From a virus, in IMG/VR virus record IMGVR_UViG_3300030118_001869, positions 32,001 through 96,000 of that record: a DNA stretch of 64,000 bases; one strand, given 5' to 3'. A model generated the notes under the pieces. That model worked only from the letters and a program-made list of their open reading frames with translations, had not been told where the DNA came from and did no database searches. Every line of letters begins with the position of its first letter. The stretch's first letter is position 1. A program made the position numbers and the translations under genes. Below, piece after piece: positions 1 through 11,500 of the stretch.

Positions 1-3000
1 CCATTTATTAAAAAACTAGGTGACAAATATACTGTAGCAGTTAAATACAAAGGTGAGACAGTAGGATTTGTAGCAAATGGACAGTATAAATTTGAGTTTG
101 AAGGCAAACCTTTGAACTTAAACTCTAGTCAAGATAGCCTGCAGTTCTTATTTGATATGAATAAAGCTGACATTGTTGAACAAGTTTTAGCAGCACAACA
201 TTTAGAAGCTACTCTAGACAAGCTGTATAAAGGAAAGACAGGAACAATAGATTTAAGTGTAGAAGATTTAAAGAAAGAAGGTATTAACTTTAATCTTAGA
301 GGTGAAATATTTAACTATGAAGGAACACCTAAAGCATTAGATACTTATGAAAATAATACATTTGAAGGTGGTCAACTAATAATTATTAGGAGAAAAACTG
401 CAGATGAGTTTGGTAATTTAGTAATTACTACAGATTATGTTTCTGGATTAGAAGAAGGAGCACAAGAGCAATTTGAAAAAGCAATCAAAGAAATAGATCA
501 AGATAAAAAGCTTAAAGAACAGCTATTAAGAAAAGGTTATACAGCTGTTTCAAGAAGACTTAATGGAAAAATACTTTTAATACCTCTTGATGTAGACTCT
601 GACGCACAAGAATTCCAAGACTTATTAGGAGAAATATCTGAAAAATCTAAAACTTTAAGTACAACTAATATAGATGATAAGGGTAAAGTAAAAGATGCTG
701 CTGCGTCAAAAGAAATAAATGCGGATATAAAAAGCAAAGTGTTTATTTCTGGCAAACCTGGTGATAAACTAACACTATCAATCAATGCAAAAGGTGATGT
801 TATACTGCAAGGTAAACAAGGTGGTAAAAGTGTCAATGCAAGCCTAACAGCAGAAGAGTATTCTATTAAAGGATTCAAAGGCTTGATAGATAAGTTTAAT
901 GAAAAGGGCAATATATCAACTAATAACTTTAGAGTTAATATACCTAAAGAAGCAACATTACAACAAATAAAAGACTCTACTACCTCTACTCTGCAAAGAA
1001 TCAGACCTGCAACAAATAGAGTAATATATTTTAGTGTAGACTCTGAAAGAAAAGAATCATCTAAGATTATTGAGAATCCACAACCTAAAGATCAAAATAC
1101 TAAAACAAATGACAAAGTAGACTTAGGTAAGGTATCAGAGATGTCTAAGAACTCTGATACAGTTGCACCAACTGACCAAATAGCTGAAGAGGTTAATGCT
1201 GCTATAGCTGCTAGAGATGCACTTAAGAAAAAAATATACAAAGAAGCAAAAGCTCAAGGATTAAATAGAGGTAAAGCACTAAAAGAAAGTAAAGAGTATA
1301 AAGCTGCTGTAGAAAAAGTAAATGAAGCAAAGAAAAAATTAAATGGTGAAGCATATAAAATATTACCTGAGAACTTTAATGGAGTTGAAACAGAGAAAGT
1401 AGATGCTTTTATAACTTGGGCTAATGAAAACTTACCAGAGTTTATTACTGTTGGTAATGTAAATGAAATAGGTAACAGGCTAAAGAACAATGGTATAACT
1501 GCTGGTGCATTTATTATGGCACTCAATGATATAGCAGGTAAAGTAAATATTAATGGTACCATATATGTAGGCACACATGGTTTCAGATACCATGAAGCAT
1601 TCCATTCTGTATTTAGAATGCTATTGACACCTGAAGAACAAAAGCAATACTTAGCTATTGCAAACAAAGAGTTGAGAGCTAAGCTAAGAAGAGAGGGTAA
1701 AAACTTTGAGGTTGAGTTACAAAACTTTAGAAATCTATCTGCACTATATAAAGGATTTAGTAGAGCAAGACTAGAGCAAGAGTTTTTAGAAGAATATATG
1801 GCAGATGAATTTGAGAAGTTCAAACAAGGACCTAAAAATTCTACTGCTGGCGGATTTATTAAATCTTTATTTACAAGAATACTTAACTGGATTAAGACTG
1901 TACTAGGAGGATTTAGTAAGAATCAACTAAAAACTCTGTTTGAAAACATAGATGCAGGTAAGTATAAGTCTAGGGGTATTGCTAATAATATGTTTACTAA
2001 TGCTTTGACACAAGGTATTACAGTTGATGCATATAAACTTCTACCTACTAAAGAGATAGCAGGAGACAGAAGAATAACATATGAATACCTAGATCCTAAT
2101 ACTGCAACGTTTTTAGTAAATAGTTTTGTATCAAGATTAATACAATTGAATGATAAGCCTGGGAGTAGATCATTAACTGAGATAGAAGATCAAGTATTTG
2201 ATGAGTTTGCTGACTTATATGACTCAACTAATTCTAGGTATGATAATATAACAGATGAGCAATATGACAGACTATTAGAGATAGAAGAAGCAATCAACTA
2301 CATGTCTGATACATCTTCTGCAGACTCACGTCCTCAGCTGATGTTAGCTGCTAGAGAAATGATAGATACATTCCAGCTTAAGTTAGATAATAATGCTGAT
2401 ATAAATGAAGTCTTTGAAAATAATCTAGGCCTTAGAACTACAGATCAGTTTGATACTGATGCTAGTATGAAAGGTGGTGTAACAGCTTTACCATTAAAGT
2501 TAAGACTATATATTGCTACAACAACCTTAGAAGATACAGACTACTTTGGTAATCAATTCTTAATTGATCCCGTTACTGATGAAAAAGGTAATATAACTAC
2601 AGAGGGAGAAAAACTAATTGTTCCAGTTGATATAGATGCTGTATATAATGGTATACTAAAAGCAGTGAAAAACAAAACAGATGCTTTTGACATATTATCT
2701 AGCTTATACGTATTTGGTAGAACAAATAAACACACTAAAGCATTTGTTGACAGATTGTTCAATGATATGGGTATAAATGGTGAAGAAATGATTGAGTCAG
2801 GTCAGTTACCAGAACTTGTAGGAAGACCTGGATTTGTAATGCAAGTAATTAAGTCATTCCAGAATGCAAGAGTAAATTATTTATTTATTCAAACTGACAC
2901 AGCAACAGGTAAAAACTTTTATTATGATGCTGCAACAAGAGATGCTGCTAAAACTCAGCTAGGTGCTTGGCAACAAATGTATGATCAAAAACTTAGTATA

Positions 3001-6000
3001 ATAAAGTCAGATCCTAGATTTAAAGGTAGAGTTCAAGCTACACTAAAAAGAGCAATAGGTAGACTTCAAGCAACTAGAGGAAGAATAGATAATACTAAGT
3101 TTGAGCTAGAGGCTATGAGATTATCTCAAGATATATTTGACGCTATAGGTATAAGATTTTCTCCAGCTTATTTGCAATTGAGTATGTTAAAAGCAAGTCC
3201 AGAAAACATAGCTAAAAAAACAAAAGCACAGCAGATATTATTAGATAACAATATTAATGTAAGATCTTTGAGTGTAGAGGATTTGTCTGCAATAAAGGAT
3301 ATTGTATTAGCAGGAGGTAATATATACGCAGAAAGTAGTGGTGCTGCATCAAGACTAACTGCACTAGCAATAGGTAATCAAAAACTAGATGAACAAGTAG
3401 GAGCAACAACATTTACAAATGCAGATGGTAATTTAGTTTATGCACATCAAATGCCTACATTCCATACAAGAATAATAGCAAAATTAAATGATGAAGACTT
3501 TATTGAAGAGTTGATAGAAAGATTCCCAAACAATCCTTTGATACAAAGTGAAGCATTTAGAACACTGTCAGCTGATAATAAAATAGAGCTTATAAGACTT
3601 GCAGGATTTAGAAAAGGTAGAATATCATTATCAGAACAAAATGAGATTATAAGTGATGGTACTAAAAGTGTTGCATATGCTAAAACCTACGGTAAGCAAT
3701 CACCTCAAGAATTTATTATAAACTTAGTAAAAGCATATACATTTAATTTCAATACAAATACTTTACAGAATAAACTAAGTAATGGACAGGCGCTGGTACC
3801 AACATTGATAAGAGTAATGGAAGCAAGTAATACAGGTGATATGATTAATCTACCTGTTATAAAAGCAGCGGAGTTACAAAACAAAACTTTGAGCATACCT
3901 AAAGAGGCACTAGATATATTTGTAACACAGATACAAAATGAATATGCAAGAATAGTTAGAGAAGTGCAGACTCCAACTCAGGATCTAATAGTAGGCTATA
4001 ATGCTGATAACAATGGTGTTTCTACACTAGATACAAAAGATGGTAGAGCATATAAATTGTTTAATACTAGGTATTTACTACCTGCAGATTCTGTAAAAAT
4101 ATTAGAAGAAGAAGCATATAAAGGTACACCATTTGCTGACGCAGCAAAGTTAGCAGTAGAGGGTGGATTTTATAATGCAGTTAAAAAGAGCTTACTAGAT
4201 GAATTTAATAAATTCTTTGACTTGGTAGGTAGTGATATAGCTAATGACGCAGGTTTTATAGCAGGAGTACAAAATGCTGATGGTAGTGTACAAGGAGAAG
4301 ATATAGCTATAGCTAATCAACAACTTAACTTAGTTCCAGGACAGTTTAAATTAAATCTAGCACAGATATATTTTAATGATAAAATTAATACCACTGCAAT
4401 AAATGAACTTATATTAGGTGATGAAGCAGTAACATTAAAAGATTCAATTGATAAAATCAAAAGAGCAAAAGGTCAAAATGGTGCTATACGTTCAATAGAC
4501 TTTGGCTTTACAGCACCAGAGTTAGGTATTAGACACAAATTAGAAAACATAGAAATATATCCTTTTACTGATCCTACATTTGAAAAGCAATCTGGAGAAG
4601 GAATGCAAGAACAAACTGATGGTCAAATATATAATACTGTAAAAGGATTCAGATATTCACAGTTTGGTATGGGTAATCTTACTGAGTCAATGGCAGATAT
4701 TCTTGATGATGTTCAGTTTGGTGACAATGTTCCTTCTGTAAGAATTAATAGTTATGTTAGTAAACAAAATGCTTTAAATTCTAAAAAGTTTGTATACTTT
4801 GATGGTCAAACATATATGAAGATGTCTAGTATTACTCTTTCTCCTGAGTTTACATCTCTTAAAGATGAGAACGGACTTTATACTATACCTAAACCAAATA
4901 AAGTAGAGCTACATAATCTTAGAGTTAAGATGGAGGCTTATGAAGAAACTAATGATGCTGTTGTCTTTGGTGCGCCTACTAGTGCATTAAAGATGTTAAA
5001 AAAGAATATAGATACATCTGATCAAGCATTTAGTGAAACTGCTTTAACCAAAGGTGATCTAACAACAGTTAAAGCAGAATTTATGGGCTTACAAATGGTA
5101 AATCCATCAAACAAGATTGAGATTACTTCTGGTACACAGATGAGAGTATTGCTTACAAGTGAACAGAATAATGTTGAAGAAGTAACAATAGATGGAGTAA
5201 AACTAAAGGTAAGAGATTTAAGAAATCTTTACAATGATAATATAGCAGGTAAAGTAGGATTAGCATATGGTCTAAAGAAAAAATTATTAATAGATGAACA
5301 AGGTAATATAGATTTATTTACCTTTTTAAAGTATGCAATCAGAAACTTAAAGTCTGCTAAAACAACAAGTAATATCATAGAACAATTTGAGATTGATGAG
5401 AACGGGCAAATGAAGTATGGTCTTAACTCACCACATATGGTAGAAAAAGCAGAGCAGCTATTCTTATCATATTTTAGTACTGCATTAAAAGATAAACAAC
5501 CAGGTATGAGTTTGGCTCTTATGTCAGATGCTGGTGTTAAGATATATAGAAGGGTATTTGAAGTAGATGAGAACGGAGTACCAACTAGATTTGAAGTAAT
5601 TAGAGAGAATGCATTCCATACATCTGGTTTAGCTGCAGACATAAATATATCCACAGATAATTTTACAGACTTACAAAATGCTCTTAAAAATACTGATGCA
5701 GGTGTTATTGTAGTTGATAGACTTAGATCTGATTTAGTAGATTCAGACGGATCAAAATACTCTGAGTTTATTATGCCAGCTCATTTCCAGTCTGTACATG
5801 ATGCTTTTTACAATAATGATCAGCCTTTACCAGATGTATTACAAAAGCATTTTGGTTTACGTATTCCATCTCAGGATAAACATTCCTCTATAAATTTAAG
5901 ACTTGTAGATTTCATGCCACATTATATGGGCTCTACCGGTGTATTTGCTAGAGAAATACTAGAGAGATCTGGGGCTGACTTTGATATTGATAAGCTATAC

Positions 6001-8535
6001 ACACATATGAAAGAGTTCTATGCAGAAGATGGAAAATTCTTTGAGTATGGTAAAAATGGATACAAGGATTATATGACTTATGTAGATAAAATGCTTTTAT
6101 CTGGTAAACCTAATATATTCAAAGACGCTTATGAAAAGTACAGTCAAGGTGTAGATAATGTAAAACCAGAGGATGTGAAAGCTGAAGTTCTCAACACATT
6201 AGGATTACCTATGACAGAGGAAGCTTATGATGCATATGTAAAAGAAAAGGGTGAACCATACGCTGCAGCTTACTCAAATAAAGACTTAGATTATAAGTAT
6301 GCTCTTTTAGGTAGTAAAGCAATGACAGAAGCAGCACCCGGTGAGACACCAATAGTTGCACAAGAAGCTGCATTGTCAAGATTACAAGCAGCTAGAACAT
6401 ATATGGAAAAAGAGGTTCCTGAGTGGGCTGCAGAAAATGCTGACGTAGATGTAGATGTTAATGGACTATTAGGTAAGTTTTTATCATATAAGAATAACAA
6501 AGAAGGAGCAGCAAACATTGGATTAGCTGTTAAACCTAATCTTGTATATAGTATAATGAGAGAATATAATGTTACTAATGATTTTAGAAAATCATTTACT
6601 ATAAATAAAAATAAAGCAGGAAATTTTGTAAGTAAAACTGAAAAAGAAAGAACAGCAATATTATTTGATGAGCTTATAACTGCAATGGTAGATAACGCAA
6701 AAGAAAGAATGGCAGTTAAGTTAGGTCTTAATAAAGAAAATTTACCTTTAGTATCTGCTGCAGTTGCAGTAGGTATACCATTGAATGACATAATATTATT
6801 TTTGAATGCTCCACTATTTAAACAAGATCCTAGACTACCAGCTATTGATGGTAAAGCTGTTTCTATAACTACAACAGAGATATTAAAAGATTATAAAGGC
6901 AAATCCTCTAGGGAGATACAACGCAAAATGAAGCAAATAAAATCAAGGTTAACTTCCATAGCTGCTGAAGCAAGAACTATGGGCTCTGTTATGAACTTAG
7001 ATAAAGGATTAGGAAAAGATTTTTCTAGTGTTTTGCAAACATCAAATGAAATAGCAAGATTAACAGATGATGGAACAGATGTGATATACAAAACATACTT
7101 TAATCAATACATAGAAATATTTGAAGATATTACTGATAATGTATTACCAAAAGTATTTTTTAGAGCTAATCCTAGATTTGTAGCTGCATTATCTAATATT
7201 TTAAAAGAGCAGGTATCAAGAACATTATTTGACACAACTAATCAAATCAATCTACAAAAGGTAAATAAAATATCATTAGACTTTTTGTCTTTCTTATTAA
7301 TTAAAAAATATCAAGATAAACTTTTAGAAAGCAATAGTAAAAGCGTAGGTTCTTTAAGTAATGAATTTATATATGAAACTGGTAAAGGAGAGTCTGTTAT
7401 TGATGTTGTAAAAAAATTAAGAAAGCTTTCAAAACAAGATAATTATTTCTTAAATAATTTCTTACAAACAGTAGAAGCAACAGATCCTAATAGCAAAGAT
7501 GGTTTAAATAAAGTAGTATCTAACACCTTTGCTAGATTAAGTGATAATCAAAAAGTCAAAATACAGAATGGTTTTGCAGCATTGTATGGAGATGCACTTA
7601 CAAGACCAGATGCAATAAAATTATTACACTACATTATAATCAAAGATGGCTTACAATTTAATACGGGATCTATAATGGAAGCATTATCACCATTTGTACT
7701 AGAACACTTTTTAGATAAAACACAAGATGGCATAGAGGTTACAGATGAACTAAGAGATGAGTTTATTAATGGGTATTTTGCAAGTCCAACATCACAAGGA
7801 TATTTGACAACAATACTTCCTAAAGATGTAAGCGACAGTAAAAAAATAGTAGATAAAAAAGAAACCTATAGTTTTGACCCTGAACAAGCTTTTGAAACAG
7901 GGATAGAAGGTCAAGAATATATAATGATTGGCAACGGGTTATTCAAAAAACAACCAGCAACTAGTAAAAATATTGATTATGCTAGAGTTGAGTTTATGGG
8001 TAGTGTAGGTCAAAATGGTATTGGTTTTATGTTTAATACTCCAGGATTTCAAAGACCTAGTACTAGAAGCATACAGAATAAACAAGACAACAAATCATCA
8101 AAAAATCTAAAAGAAACATTAGCTGATCAAGCTGAACTAAATAGATTAGATGCATTAGGTTTTGATCCTGGTGCAGATATCACAGCTAATGAAAAAATGA
8201 TAGAAGTTGGCAAGCAAAAAATTAGTAACTTAGTAAAAGAAAGAACTGAGGCAGTAGAAGTACCTGAAGAACAAGCAGATCAATTTGATTCTGTTGAGGG
8301 AGAAGTTTTACCTCAAACAACTAGTAAGATAAGAGATTTACTGAAAAGTAAAACAGGTATTAATGAACAAGTACTAGGAGACTTTTGGAACAGTGAGATA
8401 AATGATAACCAAGAAAGAAAACAAAAGCTTGGATATGACACATATGGTAATATGCTAGCTGCATACAGAAGTGTGAATAATGTGTTTCCATTAACAGAAG
8501 AAGAGTTTATAGAACAAACAAGATGTAAATTTTAA
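1..8535 (+). CDS. Giant virion-packaged DNA-dependent RNA polymerase of crAss-like phages with an N-terminal zincin-like domain (5'-truncated)
   Basis: Frame 1 is open from base 1, so the TTG at 112 is not the true start. SGADFDIDKLY (DFDID at 5977-5991) is the two-barrel RNAP metal-binding motif as in phi14:2 gp66, preceded by LRIPSQDKHS. YHEAFH (1591-1605) plus downstream EEYMADEF is a zincin motif. Confidence 0.9.
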   Translation, partial: PFIKKLGDKYTVAVKYKGETVGFVANGQYKFEFEGKPLNLNSSQDSLQFLFDMNKADIVEQVLAAQHLEATLDKLYKGKTGTIDLSVEDLKKEGINFNLRGEIFNYEGTPKALDTYENNTFEGGQLIIIRRKTADEFGNLVITTDYVSGLEEGAQEQFEKAIKEIDQDKKLKEQLLRKGYTAVSRRLNGKILLIPLDVDSDAQEFQDLLGEISEKSKTLSTTNIDDKGKVKDAAASKEINADIKSKVFISGKPGDKLTLSINAKGDVILQGKQGGKSVNASLTAEEYSIKGFKGLIDKFNEKGNISTNNFRVNIPKEATLQQIKDSTTSTLQRIRPATNRVIYFSVDSERKESSKIIENPQPKDQNTKTNDKVDLGKVSEMSKNSDTVAPTDQIAEEVNAAIAARDALKKKIYKEAKAQGLNRGKALKESKEYKAAVEKVNEAKKKLNGEAYKILPENFNGVETEKVDAFITWANENLPEFITVGNVNEIGNRLKNNGITAGAFIMALNDIAGKVNINGTIYVGTHGFRYHEAFHSVFRMLLTPEEQKQYLAIANKELRAKLRREGKNFEVELQNFRNLSALYKGFSRARLEQEFLEEYMADEFEKFKQGPKNSTAGGFIKSLFTRILNWIKTVLGGFSKNQLKTLFENIDAGKYKSRGIANNMFTNALTQGITVDAYKLLPTKEIAGDRRITYEYLDPNTATFLVNSFVSRLIQLNDKPGSRSLTEIEDQVFDEFADLYDSTNSRYDNITDEQYDRLLEIEEAINYMSDTSSADSRPQLMLAAREMIDTFQLKLDNNADINEVFENNLGLRTTDQFDTDASMKGGVTALPLKLRLYIATTTLEDTDYFGNQFLIDPVTDEKGNITTEGEKLIVPVDIDAVYNGILKAVKNKTDAFDILSSLYVFGRTNKHTKAFVDRLFNDMGINGEEMIESGQLPELVGRPGFVMQVIKSFQNARVNYLFIQTDTATGKNFYYDAATRDAAKTQLGAWQQMYDQKLSIIKSDPRFKGRVQATLKRAIGRLQATRGRIDNTKFELEAMRLSQDIFDAIGIRFSPAYLQLSMLKASPENIAKKTKAQQILLDNNINVRSLSVEDLSAIKDIVLAGGNIYAESSGAASRLTALAIGNQKLDEQVGATTFTNADGNLVYAHQMPTFHTRIIAKLNDEDFIEELIERFPNNPLIQSEAFRTLSADNKIELIRLAGFRKGRISLSEQNEIISDGTKSVAYAKTYGKQSPQEFIINLVKAYTFNFNTNTLQNKLSNGQALVPTLIRVMEASNTGDMINLPVIKAAELQNKTLSIPKEALDIFVTQIQNEYARIVREVQTPTQDLIVGYNADNNGVSTLDTKDGRAYKLFNTRYLLPADSVKILEEEAYKGTPFADAAKLAVEGGFYNAVKKSLLDEFNKFFDLVGSDIANDAGFIAGVQNADGSVQGEDIAIANQQLNLVPGQFKLNLAQIYFNDKINTTAINELILGDEAVTLKDSIDKIKRAKGQNGAIRSIDFGFTAPELGIRHKLENIEIYPFTDPTFEKQSGEGMQEQTDGQIYNTVKGFRYSQFGMGNLTESMADILDDVQFGDNVPSVRINSYVSKQNALNSKKFVYFDGQTYMKMSSITLSPEFTSLKDENGLYTIPKPNKVELHNLRVKMEAYEETNDAVVFGAPTSALKMLKKNIDTSDQAFSETALTKGDLTTVKAEFMGLQMVNPSNKIEITSGTQMRVLLTSEQNNVEEVTIDGVKLKVRDLRNLYNDNIAGKVGLAYGLKKKLLIDEQGNIDLFTFLKYAIRNLKSAKTTSNIIEQFEIDENGQMKYGLNSPHMVEKAEQLFLSYFSTALKDKQPGMSLALMSDAGVKIYRRVFEVDENGVPTRFEVIRENAFHTSGLAADINISTDNFTDLQNALKNTDAGVIVVDRLRSDLVDSDGSKYSEFIMPAHFQSVHDAFYNNDQPLPDVLQKHFGLRIPSQDKHSSINLRLVDFMPHYMGSTGVFAREILERSGADFDIDKLYTHMKEFYAEDGKFFEYGKNGYKDYMTYVDKMLLSGKPNIFKDAYEKYSQGVDNVKPEDVKAEVLNTLGLPMTEEAYDAYVKEKGEPYAAAYSNKDLDYKYALLGSKAMTEAAPGETPIVAQEAALSRLQAARTYMEKEVPEWAAENADVDVDVNGLLGKFLSYKNNKEGAANIGLAVKPNLVYSIMREYNVTNDFRKSFTINKNKAGNFVSKTEKERTAILFDELITAMVDNAKERMAVKLGLNKENLPLVSAAVAVGIPLNDIILFLNAPLFKQDPRLPAIDGKAVSITTTEILKDYKGKSSREIQRKMKQIKSRLTSIAAEARTMGSVMNLDKGLGKDFSSVLQTSNEIARLTDDGTDVIYKTYFNQYIEIFEDITDNVLPKVFFRANPRFVAALSNILKEQVSRTLFDTTNQINLQKVNKISLDFLSFLLIKKYQDKLLESNSKSVGSLSNEFIYETGKGESVIDVVKKLRKLSKQDNYFLNNFLQTVEATDPNSKDGLNKVVSNTFARLSDNQKVKIQNGFAALYGDALTRPDAIKLLHYIIIKDGLQFNTGSIMEALSPFVLEHFLDKTQDGIEVTDELRDEFINGYFASPTSQGYLTTILPKDVSDSKKIVDKKETYSFDPEQAFETGIEGQEYIMIGNGLFKKQPATSKNIDYARVEFMGSVGQNGIGFMFNTPGFQRPSTRSIQNKQDNKSSKNLKETLADQAELNRLDALGFDPGADITANEKMIEVGKQKISNLVKERTEAVEVPEEQADQFDSVEGEVLPQTTSKIRDLLKSKTGINEQVLGDFWNSEINDNQERKQKLGYDTYGNMLAAYRSVNNVFPLTEEEFIEQTRCKF

Positions 8536-8537
8536 TT

Positions 8538-11500
8538 ATGGCATGTTTTAATAAAAATACAGCAGAGTACAAAGAACTAAAAGCAGAGTTTGGTCAGGAT
8601 ATAATTGTTGACGCAGCAATTATCAATTACCAAAGAACTACTAATAGTACTATTATACCTAATCTTGTTCAGGTACAGCAAATGGAATCTGATATGAAGG
8701 TAATGTACTCAACTATGAAGAGGGAGTTTGGTCAAGCTTTAGTAAGAAACCTAATTGAAAAAAAGCTAGCCACTAAAAAATACAAAGGATACCATTATGT
8801 AAATGCTACTGACGGCCTAAGCTTTGTTGCTAATCAAAGTATACTGAATAAAAATATTGAAAAGATATATAAATATTTGGATGCTAATAATATTCCTGCG
8901 GATACAGTTAGTATAGAGAGAACTAAGAGATCAGCACGTATAACAGTTAATGATGGTCTCTTTAAGATAAATGATATAGTTCCTGAGAACAGACCTGCGG
9001 ATACTACAAGGACTCTTGCAATAGTAGAACATCTAGGAAGAATGTTTCCACAAGTTCAGATAGATGTTGTATCTGTAGCACAAGCTAGAGAATACTATAA
9101 CTCTTTAGACCCAAGACAAAAGGCTAGAGTAAAGTTTGATGATATAAAATCATATTATGTAAATGGTAGAGCTGTCCTAATTCAAGGTAGAGTAAACTCT
9201 AATACTGCAATAGAAGAAATACTACATCCATTTGTAGATGCAATAAAAGTAGAGAACTCTGAGTTGTTTGATAACCTATTAGAAGAATCCAAAGAAACCT
9301 TTGCAGAACTAAAACAACAGATAGATGATACGTATAGTAACAAAAATGGATTTAATCAATTACATAGAGATCTAGAACTAGTTACACAATCATTAACTAG
9401 ACACTTTGCATTAGAGTATGAGACTACACCTTCTCAATCATTCTTACAAAGAGTAAAGGATTTCCTTGCATGGTTTGCAGGAGTTTTAAACAACTTACAT
9501 AAGTACATTACGGGTGATGCTACGCCTGTATTTAAGGTGAGTCAGATTCAAGCAAGAACAAATCTTTCTGACATAGCAAAGATACTTAACACAACTGATG
9601 TAAGTTTTCAGCTGGAAATGAAAGCAGATGGAAAGGTTAGATATGCTTTATCACCTGAAAAGCAGAAGATAGTAAATCATATTAAAACTCAAGCAAATGA
9701 TACTCAAAAGCAGATAATAGATAGACTTTTTAGTATTGCACAAAAACAATCAGATAGTATTGACTCACTATCAGCAGGGTCAGTAGTAGGTGAAAGCATT
9801 GTAATACTAAATGAGGAAAACCACACTTATTATGATATCACAACAGGTGAAGCATTTACATCCGCCACAAGAGCTATTTATGGTAAGTTAGAAAATGAAG
9901 CAGAGCTACAGGAAAACTTAGCAGTAGGTAATGACTTTGATGCAGTTGTAAATGCTATTTTATCAGATATAACTGCAGACCAGTTATTTGAAGATTTACA
10001 ACAAGTAGAAAACAGTAAGTTTAAGAATGACAAAGCACTAGTAGATAAAGTCTATACTGATATAAGTACATTTTTATTAGGTTTAAGAGCAGATGGTACT
10101 GTTTTCATACCCCAGGTAGTTGTATTTGATAAGAACGCTAAAATAGCAGGAACTGCAGATATTGTAGGAATTACACCAAAAGGCACAATAAAGATTATAG
10201 ATCTTAAGACTAGCAAAACACCGTATGCTAGCACTGCAAGAGAACAGTACAAAAGACAATGGGCTGTACAAAATGATAGTTTTCTAAAACCAAAAGGTGT
10301 AGAAATGTTATCTACTAGAGCTAGACATGGTATGCAAGTAAATATGTATAGAAGAATGTTTGAGAATATGGGCTATGAAGTTGAGACAGGTCCTTTTTCT
10401 GCACAGACATTCCATATTCATGTAGATATCTCAGGCAAAGGTGTAAATCAAAAATTCTTAGGTACATATAGAATGGATGGTATGGTAGTGCATCCTCCAT
10501 CTTTAAATCAAGATTATATTGATATGCTGATACCTGAAGATCCAGATATTATAGCACAAGATAAAATAAAGGAGATAAGAAAACAAGGTAGAATGTATGA
10601 TCCAGTAAATGATCCTGATTTTATAGAAGATGATTTAGAGTATCCAACAAGCCCACAGTTTGACCAAACGAGATATCAAAGTATTAATAGTAGTATAAAA
10701 AATTATCAGAAACATTTACAAGAACGTAAGCAAGCCCTAGAAAATTATAAGAAAAGATTATTTGTAGATAAGACGAATGAACAGGCATTACAGTATACGA
10801 ACAATGCATTAGCCACTATAATGCTTGCGTTGGATACGACTAACCCTGATCAAGTTGCACTACAAAGTAATGTTTTTGTTCAGCTTATACGTGATGCAAT
10901 AAAGGAGATGGACACATTTCTTAACTTTATAAAAGATGAAAAGAACTTTAATGATCCTAACTTTATTACATATTTATTGAATATTAAAAAGTTTACTAAC
11001 TCTTACCTTGCTTTAAGAAGTATTTCTGAGTCAGGTATTCTCAATAAGACAGAGGGACAACTATTAAATACACTTACTACTAAAGTACAAAGCTTGGACG
11101 GCACTGATTATGATCAAGGCTTGATAAGACAAGCAATGTTAGACTGGGCCGAGAACTATGTAAAGAATAACTCTAACAGAGATTTTACTAAAGAACAGCT
11201 AAAAGATCTTGTGAGACAAGCAGAAGATATTAGTTTTCTAGATTTAAATACCAGAGACTTAGCTACTTTGCCTGACACACTACTTGCTCTTATTGCAAAA
11301 GAATTTAGTAGAGCCAGATTAAGAGGACAGGCTAGAGCAGAAGAGGCAAATACAAAGACAAGAGCTTTGGGTAATACATTATATAGACTTAGTGATAGTA
11401 AAAAACCAGAAGAAGTTTTTGAGTTTATGGCTGAAATGGATAATGGTAAGTTTACAGGAAGATTTGTACAAAAACTAGGTGATAAATATTATGGTAAGTT

